Below are positions 48,987 to 61,181 of a stretch of DNA of 64,000 nt, piece after piece. Positions within the stretch are counted from its first letter, which is position 1; each line of letters begins with the position of its first letter. The notes beneath the pieces are model-generated. The model had not been told where the DNA came from. It saw only the letters and a program-made list of their open reading frames with translations, and made no database searches. Source of the stretch: Cyanophora paradoxa CCMP329 (taxonomy: Eukaryota; Plantae; Glaucophyta). The translations under genes were made by a program, and so were the position numbers. The stretch is taken from the NCBI GenBank assembly GCA_004431415.1, contig QPMI01000434.1, positions 62,001 to 126,000 on the forward strand, written 5' to 3'.

Positions 48987-50342
48987 GCCCCCGCCCCGAG
49001 CCCCGACCCCCGCCCCGGCCCCCGCCCCGACACACCCTCCATTACCCCTCCGGCCCAGTGCGGACCTAGACCGCCGCCCCCACCCCCTCCCCCCCCCCCC
49101 CCCCTCCCCTTCCATAGCTCTCTCTGTGCGCCCCACGCACTCCCGTCCCCGCCCCGCCCCCGCCCCTGCACCCGCGCGCTCGGTCCTCTGTCGAGCCCTT
49201 CCCCCGCCCCGCAAGCCGAACCCTCCTCCAGATCTCTGCACTCCGCATCTGTGAGAACCTTCAACCTCGTCCCCGAACCTTGAATTTGCAACCCCCTCGC
49301 CCAAACCTGCATTTCTCTCGTGAGAAACTTCGCTGTCCCTGGCATTCAATGATTGTGACCGATCGCGAGGCACGAGCGCGCGTCATCAACTCGACGAGGC
49401 GAGCTCAAGCTTAAAAGGCACTGTGGCACCAGAGATAACAGTGATCATTGCCGATGCAATCGATATCGGCACAAGTACTGCGGCACCTTCGCGATTGGAA
49501 ACCAGACTCAAACAGAAGCTTGGGAGCCCGGACATCATGGCATGTATACGTACTACGGTACAGGATCCGGAGCCGGAGCTCGGAGCCCTCGAGCTCAGTC
49601 ACTGAGTGGACCACAGCTGCAGTGCGACAGGCTGCGCATGCAGCTGTGTGACAGGCTTCCGAACTTGGGAATCCGAACTTCGGAAGGTTCGAGTCGCCGT
49701 CCGACGCCGTGTGACGGTCGACTCGCCGAGTCGCTGAACTCCGAGGCTCCGAGGCTCCAATCATGAATTTGCAAGGCTTATGATCCGATGATCATGATCA
49801 ACTTGGCAAGCTTGAGCTTCGATCGAATTCGCCGAGTCGGGCTCAGCGGCTCTCATGATCCATATCGATCAGGCTCTCCGGGAGCCTTCAGGCTAGGCTT
49901 GGGGCCTCGAAGCACGGCGGCCGCCGTGCTCCGAGGCCCGGAGGCTCGCGCGAGTCGAGCTCAGTGAGCTGACTCAGTGAGACGGCGGCCGCCCCATCAT
50001 GCCATGATGCCCCCCTGGCCCTCAGGGTCTGATCATGTGATGGCTCAACCTGGCCCGTGGCTAAGCACCGTGGCACGGCTTCCTGGCCCAATGACGTGTG
50101 CAGTGGGGCTTGTAGAGACGTTTCAAAAAAGGCTCAAAATTCTCAAAGTCTTGGGACAAAAATCATCGCACGAAAAAGCAAGTCGATCGAGCTGGCTGGG
50201 GAAGCGCTGGGCCGGGGTCAGGAGCTGGGAGGGAAATTAGAAGCAGGCTCGGGAGCGAGGTTCGGAGGCGATCGAGTCGAGGCCGGGAACAGGTCGAGGA
50301 ATCAAAGCGACCAGGGTACGGGGGGCTGGAAAAAGAAAGCGA

Positions 50343-52898
50343 CTAGAGACTATCGCCGGTTTGGGGCGGCGGACTGGGCGCGGGCCTTGCCGGCGGCGAG
50401 GGCGCCGCGGCCGCGGCCGGCGGGGGCCTTGGCGGAGGGGGCGGGCGGGGCGGGGCGGCGAGGCCGGGGGAGGGCCCGGGCTCGCGGCGGCAGAGCTCGA
50501 GCTGCTGGGCGAGCCGCTCGAGGCGCGCGGCGTCCTCCTCCCGCTGTGTGTCCATCCGCCACAGCTGCCCCGCCCTCAGCCCGCGCGCGCGCGCGCGCGC
50601 CCCCGCACCGCCCCGCGCACCCGCATCTTGCGGTTGCGCTGCCGCGAGAGGATCTCGAGGCTGCTCGGCGCCTCCCCGTCCAGCGCCCCGGGCGGCACCG
50701 CCGCCGCCGCCGCCGCTGCTGCCGCCGCTGCAGCCGCCGCGGCCGCCGCCGCTGCCGCCGCCGCCGCGCCGGACCCGCCGCCGCCGCCGCCGCCGGCCTT
50801 TGCGGCCGGCTTCTTTTTGCTCCGGGCCTGGGCGCCGCCAGAGGCCGGGCGGGCGCCGGGGGCGTGCTTGGCGCCGCGGGCGGGGCCCAGCGTGCGCCGG
50901 CGGGGGCGCCGCGGCGGGCGGGCGCGCGCTCGGAGTCGTCCGAGCTCGCCTCGTCGGAGAGCTCCGAGCCCGAGGAGGAGGAGGAGGCGCCGTCCTCGCT
51001 GCCTCCCGCCCCGGGCTCCGACCCCGCCTCGTCCTCGTCCTCCTGCCAGCCGTAGGGCCGCCCCGGGCCCCGCCCCAGCCCCTCCAGGAAGACCCCGCCG
51101 CCCCGCGGCGCCGCCCCGAACGGCGACGACGACTCCTCCGCCCCGTCCCCCGCCTCGGGCCCGGGGCTCGGCACGCCCTCCTCGGGGGGCCAGGGCGCGG
51201 CGACGAGGGCGGCGCGCTGCGCGGCCGCCTGCAGCACGGCGATCTCCTCCACATCGGTCGTCCGCACCGCGTGGCTCCGCGCCTTGCACCCCGTCGCCGA
51301 GTAGGGCGCCTCGCTCCCGCCCCCGCCGCCCCTCGCCGCCCCGCCGGCGCCGGCCGCGTCGAAGCGAACGGCCTGGGCCCCGCAGCAGGGGAAGCGCCCC
51401 GCGTTCTCGCCGGGGGGGAAGAGCGCCGGCTCGGGGTGGTACGTGCAGTGGGCGAGCTCGCAGGCGGGGAAGCGGCGGCCGCAGGTCGTGCAGTGGAGGG
51501 AGGAGACGACGCCCCAGAGGCGCCAGTAGACCTCGCGCCAGCTGTGCTTGCGGGAGCGGAGGGCCTGGAGGTGCTGGCGGATGTCCCAGGCGGCGCTGGG
51601 GCTGTGCTGCGTGACGACGCCGCCGTGGAAGTCGACGAAGATGCGGGCGCGGGGGCAGGCGCTCCACTCGCGCTGGCCCTCGGTGTAGAGGCGGCCGCAG
51701 AGGGCGCACTTGTGGAGGCGGTGCTCGGGCCGCTCCAGGAGCCACTCGAGGTGCCGCATGTAGAGCTTCGAGACGAGCTTGTCGCGCCGGTCCCGGATCG
51801 AGTCCAGCTCGTCCACCTTGAACAGCCCCGCCAGCCGCGTCAGCAGCGGCGCGCTCAGGCAGTTCAGGTCGATCGGCATCTGAGCTCAGGTGAGCTCGCG
51901 CGGGCTCAGGCGGCTCGGGCGAGTGGAGGGGGGGCGGGCCTTCACGATCGCGTCCACGTTCTGCCGCACGAACTCCAGGCACTCTGCGGGGGGGGGGGGG
52001 GGGGGGGGGGGGCGGGCCCGGGCCGGGTCGGAGAGAGAGGCGGCGACGGGGGGGAGGGCGCAGTAGGGGGTACCGTCGACGAGGGCCCCCATCTGCAGGA
52101 AGGCGCTCGAGATGAGGATCGAGACGACGTTCGCCACCTGCCGGCCGCCCCTCCGCTCAGCTGAGCCTCGGCTGCTAAGCTCAAGCGCGGCTCGCCTCGA
52201 GCTTCGGCGCCTCGGGGGTGCCCCGCCGGTGCATGTAGTTCATGAGCCACTGCCGGGGGGGTGAGGGGCGGCGGCGCTGGCGCGGGGGGAAGGGGGGAGG
52301 CGGCGGGTTGGCGGGCGCGCCTCGAAGATTTGGAGGTCGCAGTGCACGCTGATGTCGATGTCCTCGTTCGCGGACGCCCCGGAGAGGTACGCTGTGAAGT
52401 CTGCGCGGCGGCGTGGGCGGGGCGCATGCCGACGCCAAACCCCGGAAGGCGACCGGCGGGTGGGCGCTCACACTTCATCTGCTCAAGCAGCACGGACATC
52501 TTGCAGGTGAAGTCCTTGCTCATCTTCTTGCTCTCGTCCATCACCTGCTCAAACGAGCGCCCGCCGGTCAGCCCGGCCAGGACGAGCGCGCGAGCGCGCG
52601 GGCGAGCCGCTCGCTAAGGAGCTCATGATTCGCGCGCCTTGATCAGGATCACGGGGTCGGCAGGTCCTGCGCCCTGCCGCTCTCTGCTGGGAGTCTGCGT
52701 GTCAACGCCGCCTGCCGCTGTTTGAAGGGGAGCCTCCGACCCCGAGGCCTCCGCTGCGCTTTCATCGGAGCGCAGAGCCGGTGCTTTCAGCTGTGTTTGC
52801 TGTGCTTGTGGAGAGGCCACGCCGGCCCGCTGCCAAATGCGTTGGCGCGGGTCCGGCTGCAAGCTCTTAGCGGAGCCCGCCCGCGCGGTGCTGGTCAT
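50343..52898 (-). CDS. SANBR/KIAA1841-like (DUF3342, BTB-related) protein
   Basis: IKVMDESKKMSKDFTC; IDISVHCDLQIFEWLMNY; NVVSILISSAFLQM; DRRDKLVSKLY; SWREVYWRLWG; CTYHP; FPCCG; C-terminal MDTQREED. Confidence 0.88.
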
Positions 52899-53157
52899 CG
52901 ATCTCGCTTCTAGCTCGCGCTGGCCAGCTCCCGCCCAGCGGGACTCACGCGCGTGACGGAAGCCGAATGCGGCGGGTGCGAGCTTCCCGCATCTCCGAGC
53001 GCTTCGAAAGCTCAGCTAGATGCGCGTTTCGAGGCTCTGGGCGGGCTGCGCGCTGCAGCTTGACCAGGCGTTGTGCACGCTATTGTACCCCCCTTCGTGC
53101 TATTAAAATTTCGAGGCTCCGAGCGCAGCTGCTTTGAGCGCACCTGCAACAGAAGAC

Positions 53158-54473
53158 ATGGCTTCGCTCGGGTATACTGCTAAGAGCAACGGGAGCAACG
53201 CATCGACCATCACCACGTTCATTCGCAGGTGCGGTCTTGCTGCGTACCGCGCTCCCGCGTGCCGCCTAGCTATGGTTGCTGACCTTCTTCTCTCATCGCG
53301 CGCAGCAACCAGTATGGACCGATAGGTCTGCAGAGCCTGCCGCCCGCGAACCGTTCCAGTTTTAGCTGCCCTCGTTGCTGACCCGCCCCGACTTCCGCAC
53401 TGCGTAGGCCCTGCTCAGCAGCCACCTGCATTCGGTGCGGATGCGCGACCCACCCCTTCTCGCCTGTGCTTGACGAGCGCGTGGCCCCGCAGAGCGCGCC
53501 GGCGTGAAGGGGTCAGCACTTTCGCTTTCCGGAACGCAGCGTTTCAGCTCACAGGCGATGCAGAACTGTCAAGCTTGCGGATTGGGACAAGAGCTGGAAC
53601 AAGCTGCGCGACGAGGCTATCGATGCCACGGTGGAGAGCGCAAACCTGCGGGCACAGAGCGCAGCCCTCATTGAGCTGGCGGACGCGACGCTGAAGGAGA
53701 CCGGTGCGCACGTAGTGCAAGGGCTTCGCTAGCTCCGGCGGGTGCTGACGCCCGTGTGGGCAGAGTTGAAAGTGAACGACGCTCTGAGGAGGCGCGTGGA
53801 GGAGACCAGTTTGGCGATCAAGGCGCTGGAGGCTCAGCTGGACGATGTCCTGAAGGAGAAGGGTGGGCCCTAGCTCCGCATGCCGGCCTCCCCGCCCCGC
53901 CTGAGAGCTTCCGCGACGCAGCGGCCCTCGACGACTCGCGCGCGCGGCTGCTCGAGGCCCTTCGGCTGAAGAAAGGCGCGTTCCTGCGGGGAGGGGCCAG
54001 CGCACGCGCCGAGCACGCCCGCGCCGGCGCCGAAAAGGCCGCAAAACAAGCGCTGCGGGGCTGACGGCGCGAGGCCGGCAGAGCCGCTGGAGCGGGTGCA
54101 GAACTGCTTCGTGCAGCGGAGCCTGCGGCCGCCCAAGGAGCTCGTCCGGGACGAGGCGGTGCCCCTCCCCTGCGCCCCGCCCCCCTCGCGCCGCCTCCCC
54201 GGCCTCACGCGGGAGCGCAGGAGATCGCGCTGGAGCAGGAGCTCAAGGACATCGAGGCGGCGGTGGCGTACCTCCAAGCCGAGCTCAAGACCACCGAGGT
54301 GAAACAGATGGAGGGGGGAGGAAGCGGGGCGGGGCCTGACGTCGCTGGGGGCGCAGGCGGACCTCCGGGGGCTGCGGCGCGCGAAGCTCCAGATCGAGAC
54401 GGACCTGCAGGAGAAGATGAAGGCGCTAGAGATCGACCTCGAGTGCCTCCGCTCCCGGGGCGTCGACGCCTAG
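53158..54473 (+). CDS. Tektin-like coiled-coil protein (about half length)
   Basis: Spliced: DWDKSWNKL...VNDALRRRVEET...KEPLERVQNCFVQRSLRPPKELVRDEAEIALEQE...IETDLQEKMKALEIDLECL. RPPKELVRD resembles the tektin RPxxELCRD loop. Confidence 0.75.
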
Positions 54474-55031
54474 GCCGCCGCGGGCCCCGCCACGCCGCCG
54501 CCCGCGCCGCACGTAGCCCGCTAGGCTAGCCTGTATGTAGTCGGTAGGGATCTCCTTTTTTCCCCTTTTCTTTCCAGAAGAGCGATCGGCGAGCTCGTGG
54601 GGCTGGGGGCGGGTATAGGTGGGCGGGGCTCCGGGCTTGAACTTCGATTCGGCAGTGAAGGAACGCTAGTCCCGAGGACCCGAGCCCCGCGGGGCGGAGC
54701 AGTTCCGAGAGTCGAGCTGGCGCTAAAAACTAAAATTAAAAATGCCCAACGGCCATATGCATGAAATCGACATCATATGGCATGGGAGTGTGTCGACGTC
54801 ACGGTGTGATCCGATGATCATGAGAGCGATCATCGATATCGATTCGAAAATTCGCTCAAAATCAAAACAAAGCAGGAACGGCGTTAGTTAAACCACTAGG
54901 CTACCATAGCTAGGCTAGAGCATGTAATCCAAGACTTTTCCGGGTGAAACGACAGCACGTCACTAACCGTTGAACTAGCGAGGTGATCGCTGAACCGCTG
55001 AGCGCTAGACGGAGGGCGGACGTCGGGGGGG

Positions 55032-58000
55032 CTACAAGTTGAAGGTGGGCATCTGGAAGCTGGAGCGGGCGGTCGAGGGGCGGGGCGAGCCCGGCTGCGA
55101 GCCCGGCCGCGAGCCCGGCCGGCTCCCCATCGGGCTCGCCGCCGGAACCGTGCCGTACATCGGGCTCGCCGCGGGAACCGTGGCGTACTCGGGCGGAGCG
55201 GCCGGCCCCGGGGCGAACTGCAGGCGCCGGGGGGTGCGGGTGCCGCGGGGCGTGCGGGCGGCGGGGGCGCCCGCGGGGAGAGGGCGGCGGTGACGGCGGC
55301 GCGGCCGGGGGTGGCGGGGTATTCGACGGGCTGGGGCGGGGAGCCGGCGAGGAGGGAGGGCACGGGGGGCCGCTCGGGCGAGCGGACGACGGCGAGGGGG
55401 GAGAGGGGCCCCGGGGGGAGGGGCAGCGGCCCGCGCCGGGGCGTGCGGGCGGTGGAGGGGGCGGGCGGGGGCCAGAGGCCCTCGGGGCCCGAGAGGCGGT
55501 CGAGGGGCGAGAGGGCGCCCGGCATGCGCATCTCGAGCGCGATGTCCCGCGGCGTCGTCAGCTCCGTCTCGTACTCCCCGGGGCGCCCCATGGCGTTCGC
55601 CCGGCCGTAGTACCCCCCGTAGACGTCGAGCTCCGGGGGCGAGGCGACGGGCTGGGGCTCGAAGAGATGCACGGGGGCCCGCTGGACGACCGGCACCGGC
55701 GTCATCTGCACCACTGCGCGCCGGCCCGGCGCTCAGCGGCGCGGCCTGCGGGGGGAGGGAGGCCGGGGGCGGCGGTGCGGTGCGGACCGGTGTCGTCGTA
55801 GAAGGAGCGCTTGCGCTTCTGGCGGTCGGCCATGACGGCCCAGAAGATGCCGCCGCAGAGGAGCAGCGTGCCGAAGACGACGATGATGGGGACCCCGATG
55901 GGGACCCAGTCCTGGCCCCCGGGCAGCGGCGTCGGCGAGGGCGTCGGTGTCGCTGCGCGGCGGCGCGTCAGACTCCGAGGGGGGCGTGCAGCGAGGCGGG
56001 GGCGGGGGCGGGGGGTCGCCCGCACCGTCGTAGATGGGCACGCCGTTGAAGAGCTCCACGCCCCTGCGGCGGCTCAGGCGGGAGGTAGGCACAGAAGGGG
56101 AGGCGGGGCAGCGCACGGGAGGGAGATGGTGTTGGTGGGGACGAGGAAGTAGGCGCTCCACGCCCCCGCGAGCTGCGCGGCAGTCACCCTGCGTGGGAGG
56201 CGGGGTCAGGGGAGGGCTTTGCGGGGGTTGCATGGGGCCGCACGTCGAGGTGGCTCCCGCGAGGCGCCGCCGCGCCGCGGACGGGGACGGGGACGGGGAG
56301 GCCGTGGGGGTGGCGCTCGGGGAGGGTACGACGACGTCGTCGAAGCGGAAGTTGAGGCGCACGCGGCGCGCCGCCCCCGCGCCCGCCATCTCCACCGGGG
56401 GGTACAGGAAGACGACCTGGTCGCGGAGGAGGAGGGGCGAGAGGCGGTCGCGCGCCCACAGGAAGAGTGCGTTCTCGATGAGCACGTCTGCGCGAGCGAA
56501 GCGCGTCGTCGGATGCGGGCGCGACGGAGAGGAGAAGAGGGGGTACGAGGAAAAGGGCATACCGGCGTACTTGCCGCGCCAGGCGAGGAAGCCGGCCTCG
56601 GGCTGCTGGAAGGCGGCGGCGAAGGCGCGGGAGGCGTTGGTGGCGGGGCGGGCGGCGGCGATGCCCGGGGGCACGTAGGGCGCCGCGTCGAGGGCGGCGA
56701 GGTGGCCGCGGGTGAGGCCCAGGGAGGGGAGCTCGAGGGGCACGCCGAGCGTGGCGTCCACGAGGGCCTGCGCCACCGCCGCCGCCCCCGGGGCATCGGG
56801 GAGCTGCGTCTCGGGGGAGGCCTTGCGGTACTCGAGGATGGTGAGGTCGAGGAGGATGGAGCCGTCGCGGGCGGGGGGGACCCAGCGCAGCTGCTCCCGC
56901 GCGAGGCCGGCGAGGGGCGCCCCCTCCGACGTCGCCGCCCGCAGCCGCAGCGCCGCCACAATCGCCTCCACCACCTCCCCGTAGCTGAACCTGGGGGGGA
57001 GGGGGGGGGGGGGGGGGGGGGGGGAGGAGAGGCCCGTGAGAATGCGAGGAGGCCTCGCGGGCTGGGAGCGGGGAGGGGGCAGGGGGCGGACCGGGCCATG
57101 AACTGGGTGGCGTTCATGTCGCTGGAGGCCCGCAGGGTGACGTTGAGGACGGGGACGAGCACGGGCCCCGGCACCGGCGAGGGCGAGGGGGATGGGCTCG
57201 GCGAGGGGCTGGGCGAGGGCGAGGGGCTGGGGGAGGGGCTCGGCGTCGGGCGGAGGTACGTGAAGGACATCTGGCGGGGGGGCGGGTCAGCAGAGGGCGC
57301 CGAGGTCGGGCGGGGGCGGGGCTCGCTCGCCTCGAGGGGCGCGTCGGCGGGTGCGGCGGCGCGCTGGGCTCGGAAGCGGGCGAAGAAGGAGCGGACGGAG
57401 AGGGCGCGGGGTCCCGCCTGCTCCGGCGGCACGGGCGGCGCCACGCACGTCGCCCCCGCCGCCGTGAGCGCCAGCGGCGCCTTGATCGGCTCCTTCCCCT
57501 CCGCCTCGAGCACGCACCAGAGGCCGCCCTCGCGGGCGCAGCCGGGGCGCCACGGGTAGAACCCGTACCCGGCGACCTCGAGGGCGGCGCCGGCGCTCCA
57601 GAGGGCGGCCGGCGGCTGGACGGAGGTGACGACGGGCGGCTCGGCGGTGTCGAGGAGGAGCTGCGGGGCGCGCGCCGCGAGGGGCGCCCCGGAGAGGGGC
57701 ACCGCCCCCGTGGCCACCTCGACGGCGGTGACCGTCGAGGGGGCCCCCGCGTGCGCCTCGCCGCCCCGCGCGAAGTAGAAGACCGAGGTGTGCGCGTCGT
57801 GCGCCGCAGCGAAGAGCGTGAACGGGCCCGCCGGCCCCGCGTCCGCCACGTGCGTCACTGCGCGGCCGCACGTGAGCGGAGCGGCGGGGCCGGGGCGGGG
57901 CGGGGCGGGGCGGGCGGGGCGCCGCACCGAGGCCCGAGGCAAGGTCGACGCGGACGACGGAGTTGCCGCTGCGGGCGCCGCCGGGGCCGCCGTGGTGGCG

Positions 58001-60928
58001 GCGGGGCCGCCAAGCCCCACCAGGCACTCGCACTCGTGGTCGAACCTGCCGCGCCGCGCCGGCGGCGTGAGGGCGGGCCGGCGAGGGCCTCGGGGCGGGG
58101 CCGGGGGCACCGGAGGTCCCAGAGGAGGCCGGAGGGGTCCTGGGCGCGCGTCTGCAGGAAGACGGTGCGGAGGAGGACGGGCGGGCGCGAGTGGAGCCCC
58201 ACGACCGCCACCCGCGCCGGCGCCGAGAGCACCGCGTACATCCGCCGCCGCAGCCTGCGCGGCGAGGGGAGGGAAGAGGCTGAGAAGAGGGCGGAGGGCT
58301 CCCGAGGGCCCGACCGACGCACCGGTCGACGGGGGCGGAGTTGAGGCGGACGAGGCAGGCGGGGGCGGGGGCGCCGGGCTCCTGCGGGCAGAGGGGCACC
58401 GAGGCGAGGAGGGCGCCCGTCGCGGGGTCCAGCACCAGCGCCGAGCTGGGGGGGGGGGGGTGAGGGCGGGCGGAGGAGGGCGCGAGGTTCGAGCGAGGGG
58501 CGGGCGGGGCCGCACGCGGCGCAGCGGGAGTCGTCGCAGAGGGTCCCCACCGCGTACGCCTCGCGCCCGTCCACGCTCAGCTCGAGCGCCGAGAGGCCCG
58601 CCACGCCCGCCGGCAGCGGCACCGCCGACAGCGCGGCCGGCCCGCGGCCGCGCCCCGCCCGAAGGCGCGCCCGCTGGTGGCGCGGAGGAGGCGGAGGCGC
58701 CCCGTGGCGTTCTCGTGGGCCGCCGTGAGGAGCGAGGCGGCGTGCGCGGAGTATGCGACGCGGCCGACGGCGAGGGCGGACCCGAGGGCGAAGGCGGTGC
58801 GCCCGGCGGCGGGCCGGCCGGCTGCGGCCTGCACGGCGCCGGAGACGGGGTCGAGGTAGCTCCAGGCCGGCGAGCCCGTCGTCGCGTTGAGGGCCACCGC
58901 GTAGAACGCCTCCCGCCTGCGAGCGAGGCCCCGAGCTGAGAATAGCTCCGGGGCCCGAGCCCCGGGGGGCGCACCCCTGGGCGAGGTACTCGTAGGGGTC
59001 GGCGACGGAGAGGTTGACCGGCCCGTGCGCGAAGAGCGTCCGCCCCGAGAGCACGCGGACGGTGAGGCGGCAGTCCAGCGCCCCCGCGGGGGCCGCGCAG
59101 GCCACCGCCCCGGGCCCCAGGTAGTGCGCCGCCGTCCGCGCCCCCCTGCGCGGCCGAGTCAGGCGCAGGAGCGCCGCGCAGACGCCCCGGCGCGGCGCAC
59201 CCGGGGTGGAAGTCGCAGAACATGGAGCCGGCGAGCGGCGCGAACCCCGTCCCTGCGCCGGCCGTCAGATGGAGAGAGGTCGGCGCGGGAGCGGGTGCGG
59301 GGCGGGGCGGGGCGGGCCGTTGACGGTGACGTTGCTGCCGGGGACGCTCACGGCGGGGCTAGCCGAGGAGAGCAGCACCGGGGCCTGCAGCGCGTGCGCC
59401 GCGTACAGCACCCGCGCCCCCAGCCGCACCCTGCCCAAGACGAGGTCAGAGACGGAGGAGCCTCGGAGGCGGGCGGGGGGCGGGCGGGCCTGTGGGAGGA
59501 GGAGGCGTCGGCGGCGTGGAGGTCGGTCACGTTCGTGTCGGTGCCGGGCGGGGCCCCCGTGCCGTTCGTGCCGAGGAGGCTGAAGTGGGCGGAGAAGTGG
59601 AGGTCGTGGAGGGCGGACCAGAGGACGAGGGGCCCGCCGGGGGCCGCCACCGCGTTGAAGTCCGCGAGGACGCCCGTCGCCGCGTTCAGCTTCACCGCGT
59701 GCCGCAGCGCCCGCCCCGCGGGGGGCGCGCCGGGCCCGGGCTCGCCGGAGACGGCGACGGTGCCGACGGGGGCCTCCTCGGCGGCGTCGAACTCGAGGTT
59801 GAAGAGGTGCTCGTCGTACGGCACGCCCCGCGCCTGCACCGCCGCCACCCCGAGCAGCCGCATCTCCGCCACCGCCACCCGCAGCACCACGCGCCCCGCC
59901 GCGGGGCTCGCGGGGGCCTCCTGCCCCGCCTGCAGCCCCGGCGTGGCCGAGGAGGCCTGCACGTAGAGCACCCGCCGCACGCGGTCGTACGCCGACTCGC
60001 CGTCTGCGGGGGGCGCGCTGGTGAGGGCGGGGCGGGCGGGTAGGGCTCGAGGGCGGGCGCGGACAGTGGAAGAGGTAGTTGGCGCCGGTGGCGGGGTGGC
60101 GGGGCAGGACGAGAGAGCGGAGGGTGGGGAGGGGCGTGTTGGGGGCGGGCGCCGGGGCGGAGACGTCGAGGGCCAGGACGCGGTACTCGCAGGGCTGGCC
60201 GAGGTCCCCCGAGGGGCAGTAGAGGGCGGTGAGGTAGAGCTCCTGCGCCACCGCGTCGAGCTCGACGGAGAGCACGTTCTGCACGGCCCCGTCCGCCAGC
60301 GCCAGCCGCCGCGACGACTGCTCCCCCGCCAGCCACAGGAACACCGCGGGGCGGCCCGTCCCCTCGTTCATCCCCACGCTGTAGAGGCGCCCCCGCTGCA
60401 GGTCGACGGCCATGCGCCCCGGCGAGAGCGGCGCGAGGTTGCGGAAGCGGGGCGGGCTGGACGCGGAGGTCTGACCCGTCGCCGCGTTGACTGTCACCCA
60501 CGTCGTCGTCGGCGAGGCGGCCGCGAAGGCGTTGTACGCGATGCCACTGATCAGCTGCTGCTCGGCGGCGTAGCTAACGTACGGCGATGCTGTGGGCGGC
60601 GTTTCGGGGTCAGAAACGGGGCCTGGAAGGTGGAAAGAAACCGGGCACGACGCCGGCGCCGCCGCACGAACCGGCCTGGAGCAAGCGCCGGGACTTCGCG
60701 AGGTCGGCGAGGACGCCATTGGAGGCTTCGGGCTTCAACGTGAAGGCCGGATCATCGAAATAAGCTGCAAGCGATGCCGAAAAGGTCAGTTCTCGGGCTC
60801 GGGCTAGCCAGGGAGGGCGGATCGGGCCGTAACCGTTCCGCACCTGGAGACAACGCGGCGGCGAGCGTCGAGGCCGCCAGCAAGAGAAGCAGGGCCGCGG
60901 AGCGTGCCGCGGCCCCTCGGTGGCGCAT
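55032..60928 (-). CDS. Large type-I membrane/surface glycoprotein (signal peptide, beta-rich ectodomain, IPT/TIG-like segments, (SP)n linker, one TM, Pro-rich tail)
   Basis: MRHRGAAARSAALLLLLAASTLAA; PVVTSVQPP...ALEVAGYGF...C; PTPSPSPSPS... near 57176-57250; TM WVPIGVPIIVVFGTLLLCGGIFWAVM followed by RQKRKR. Probable end QMPTFNL*. Confidence 0.7.
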
Positions 60929-61181
60929 CTCTACCGATGAAGGTGCTGTTTTACCGCTGTACCCCTCCGAACGGCTTTGTTTTTCCGTGCCGGCGGCCCC
61001 GCCGGCTTCGAGCGGCATTGAGCCACGATATCGATGGCGCTCGGCTGGTTGCACTTTGAGGCGAGTACTTTGATCGCCCCGCGCGCTAAACCCCCGCTTT
61101 CGGAGCACTAACCGCCCTGCGCCGAGAAAGAAGCCCTCGCGGCGCTAACCCCCGTCGCAGCTAGTTGAAGCGGACGGCTTA

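Noticed and set aside
56206-59223. 1005-aa ORF and the many other long Pro/Arg/Gly/Ala-rich ORFs (e.g. 32985-35288, 50548-52164)
   Set aside because: Stop-codon scarcity in very GC-rich DNA lets frames run through introns or antisense. The real proteins emerge only after splicing.
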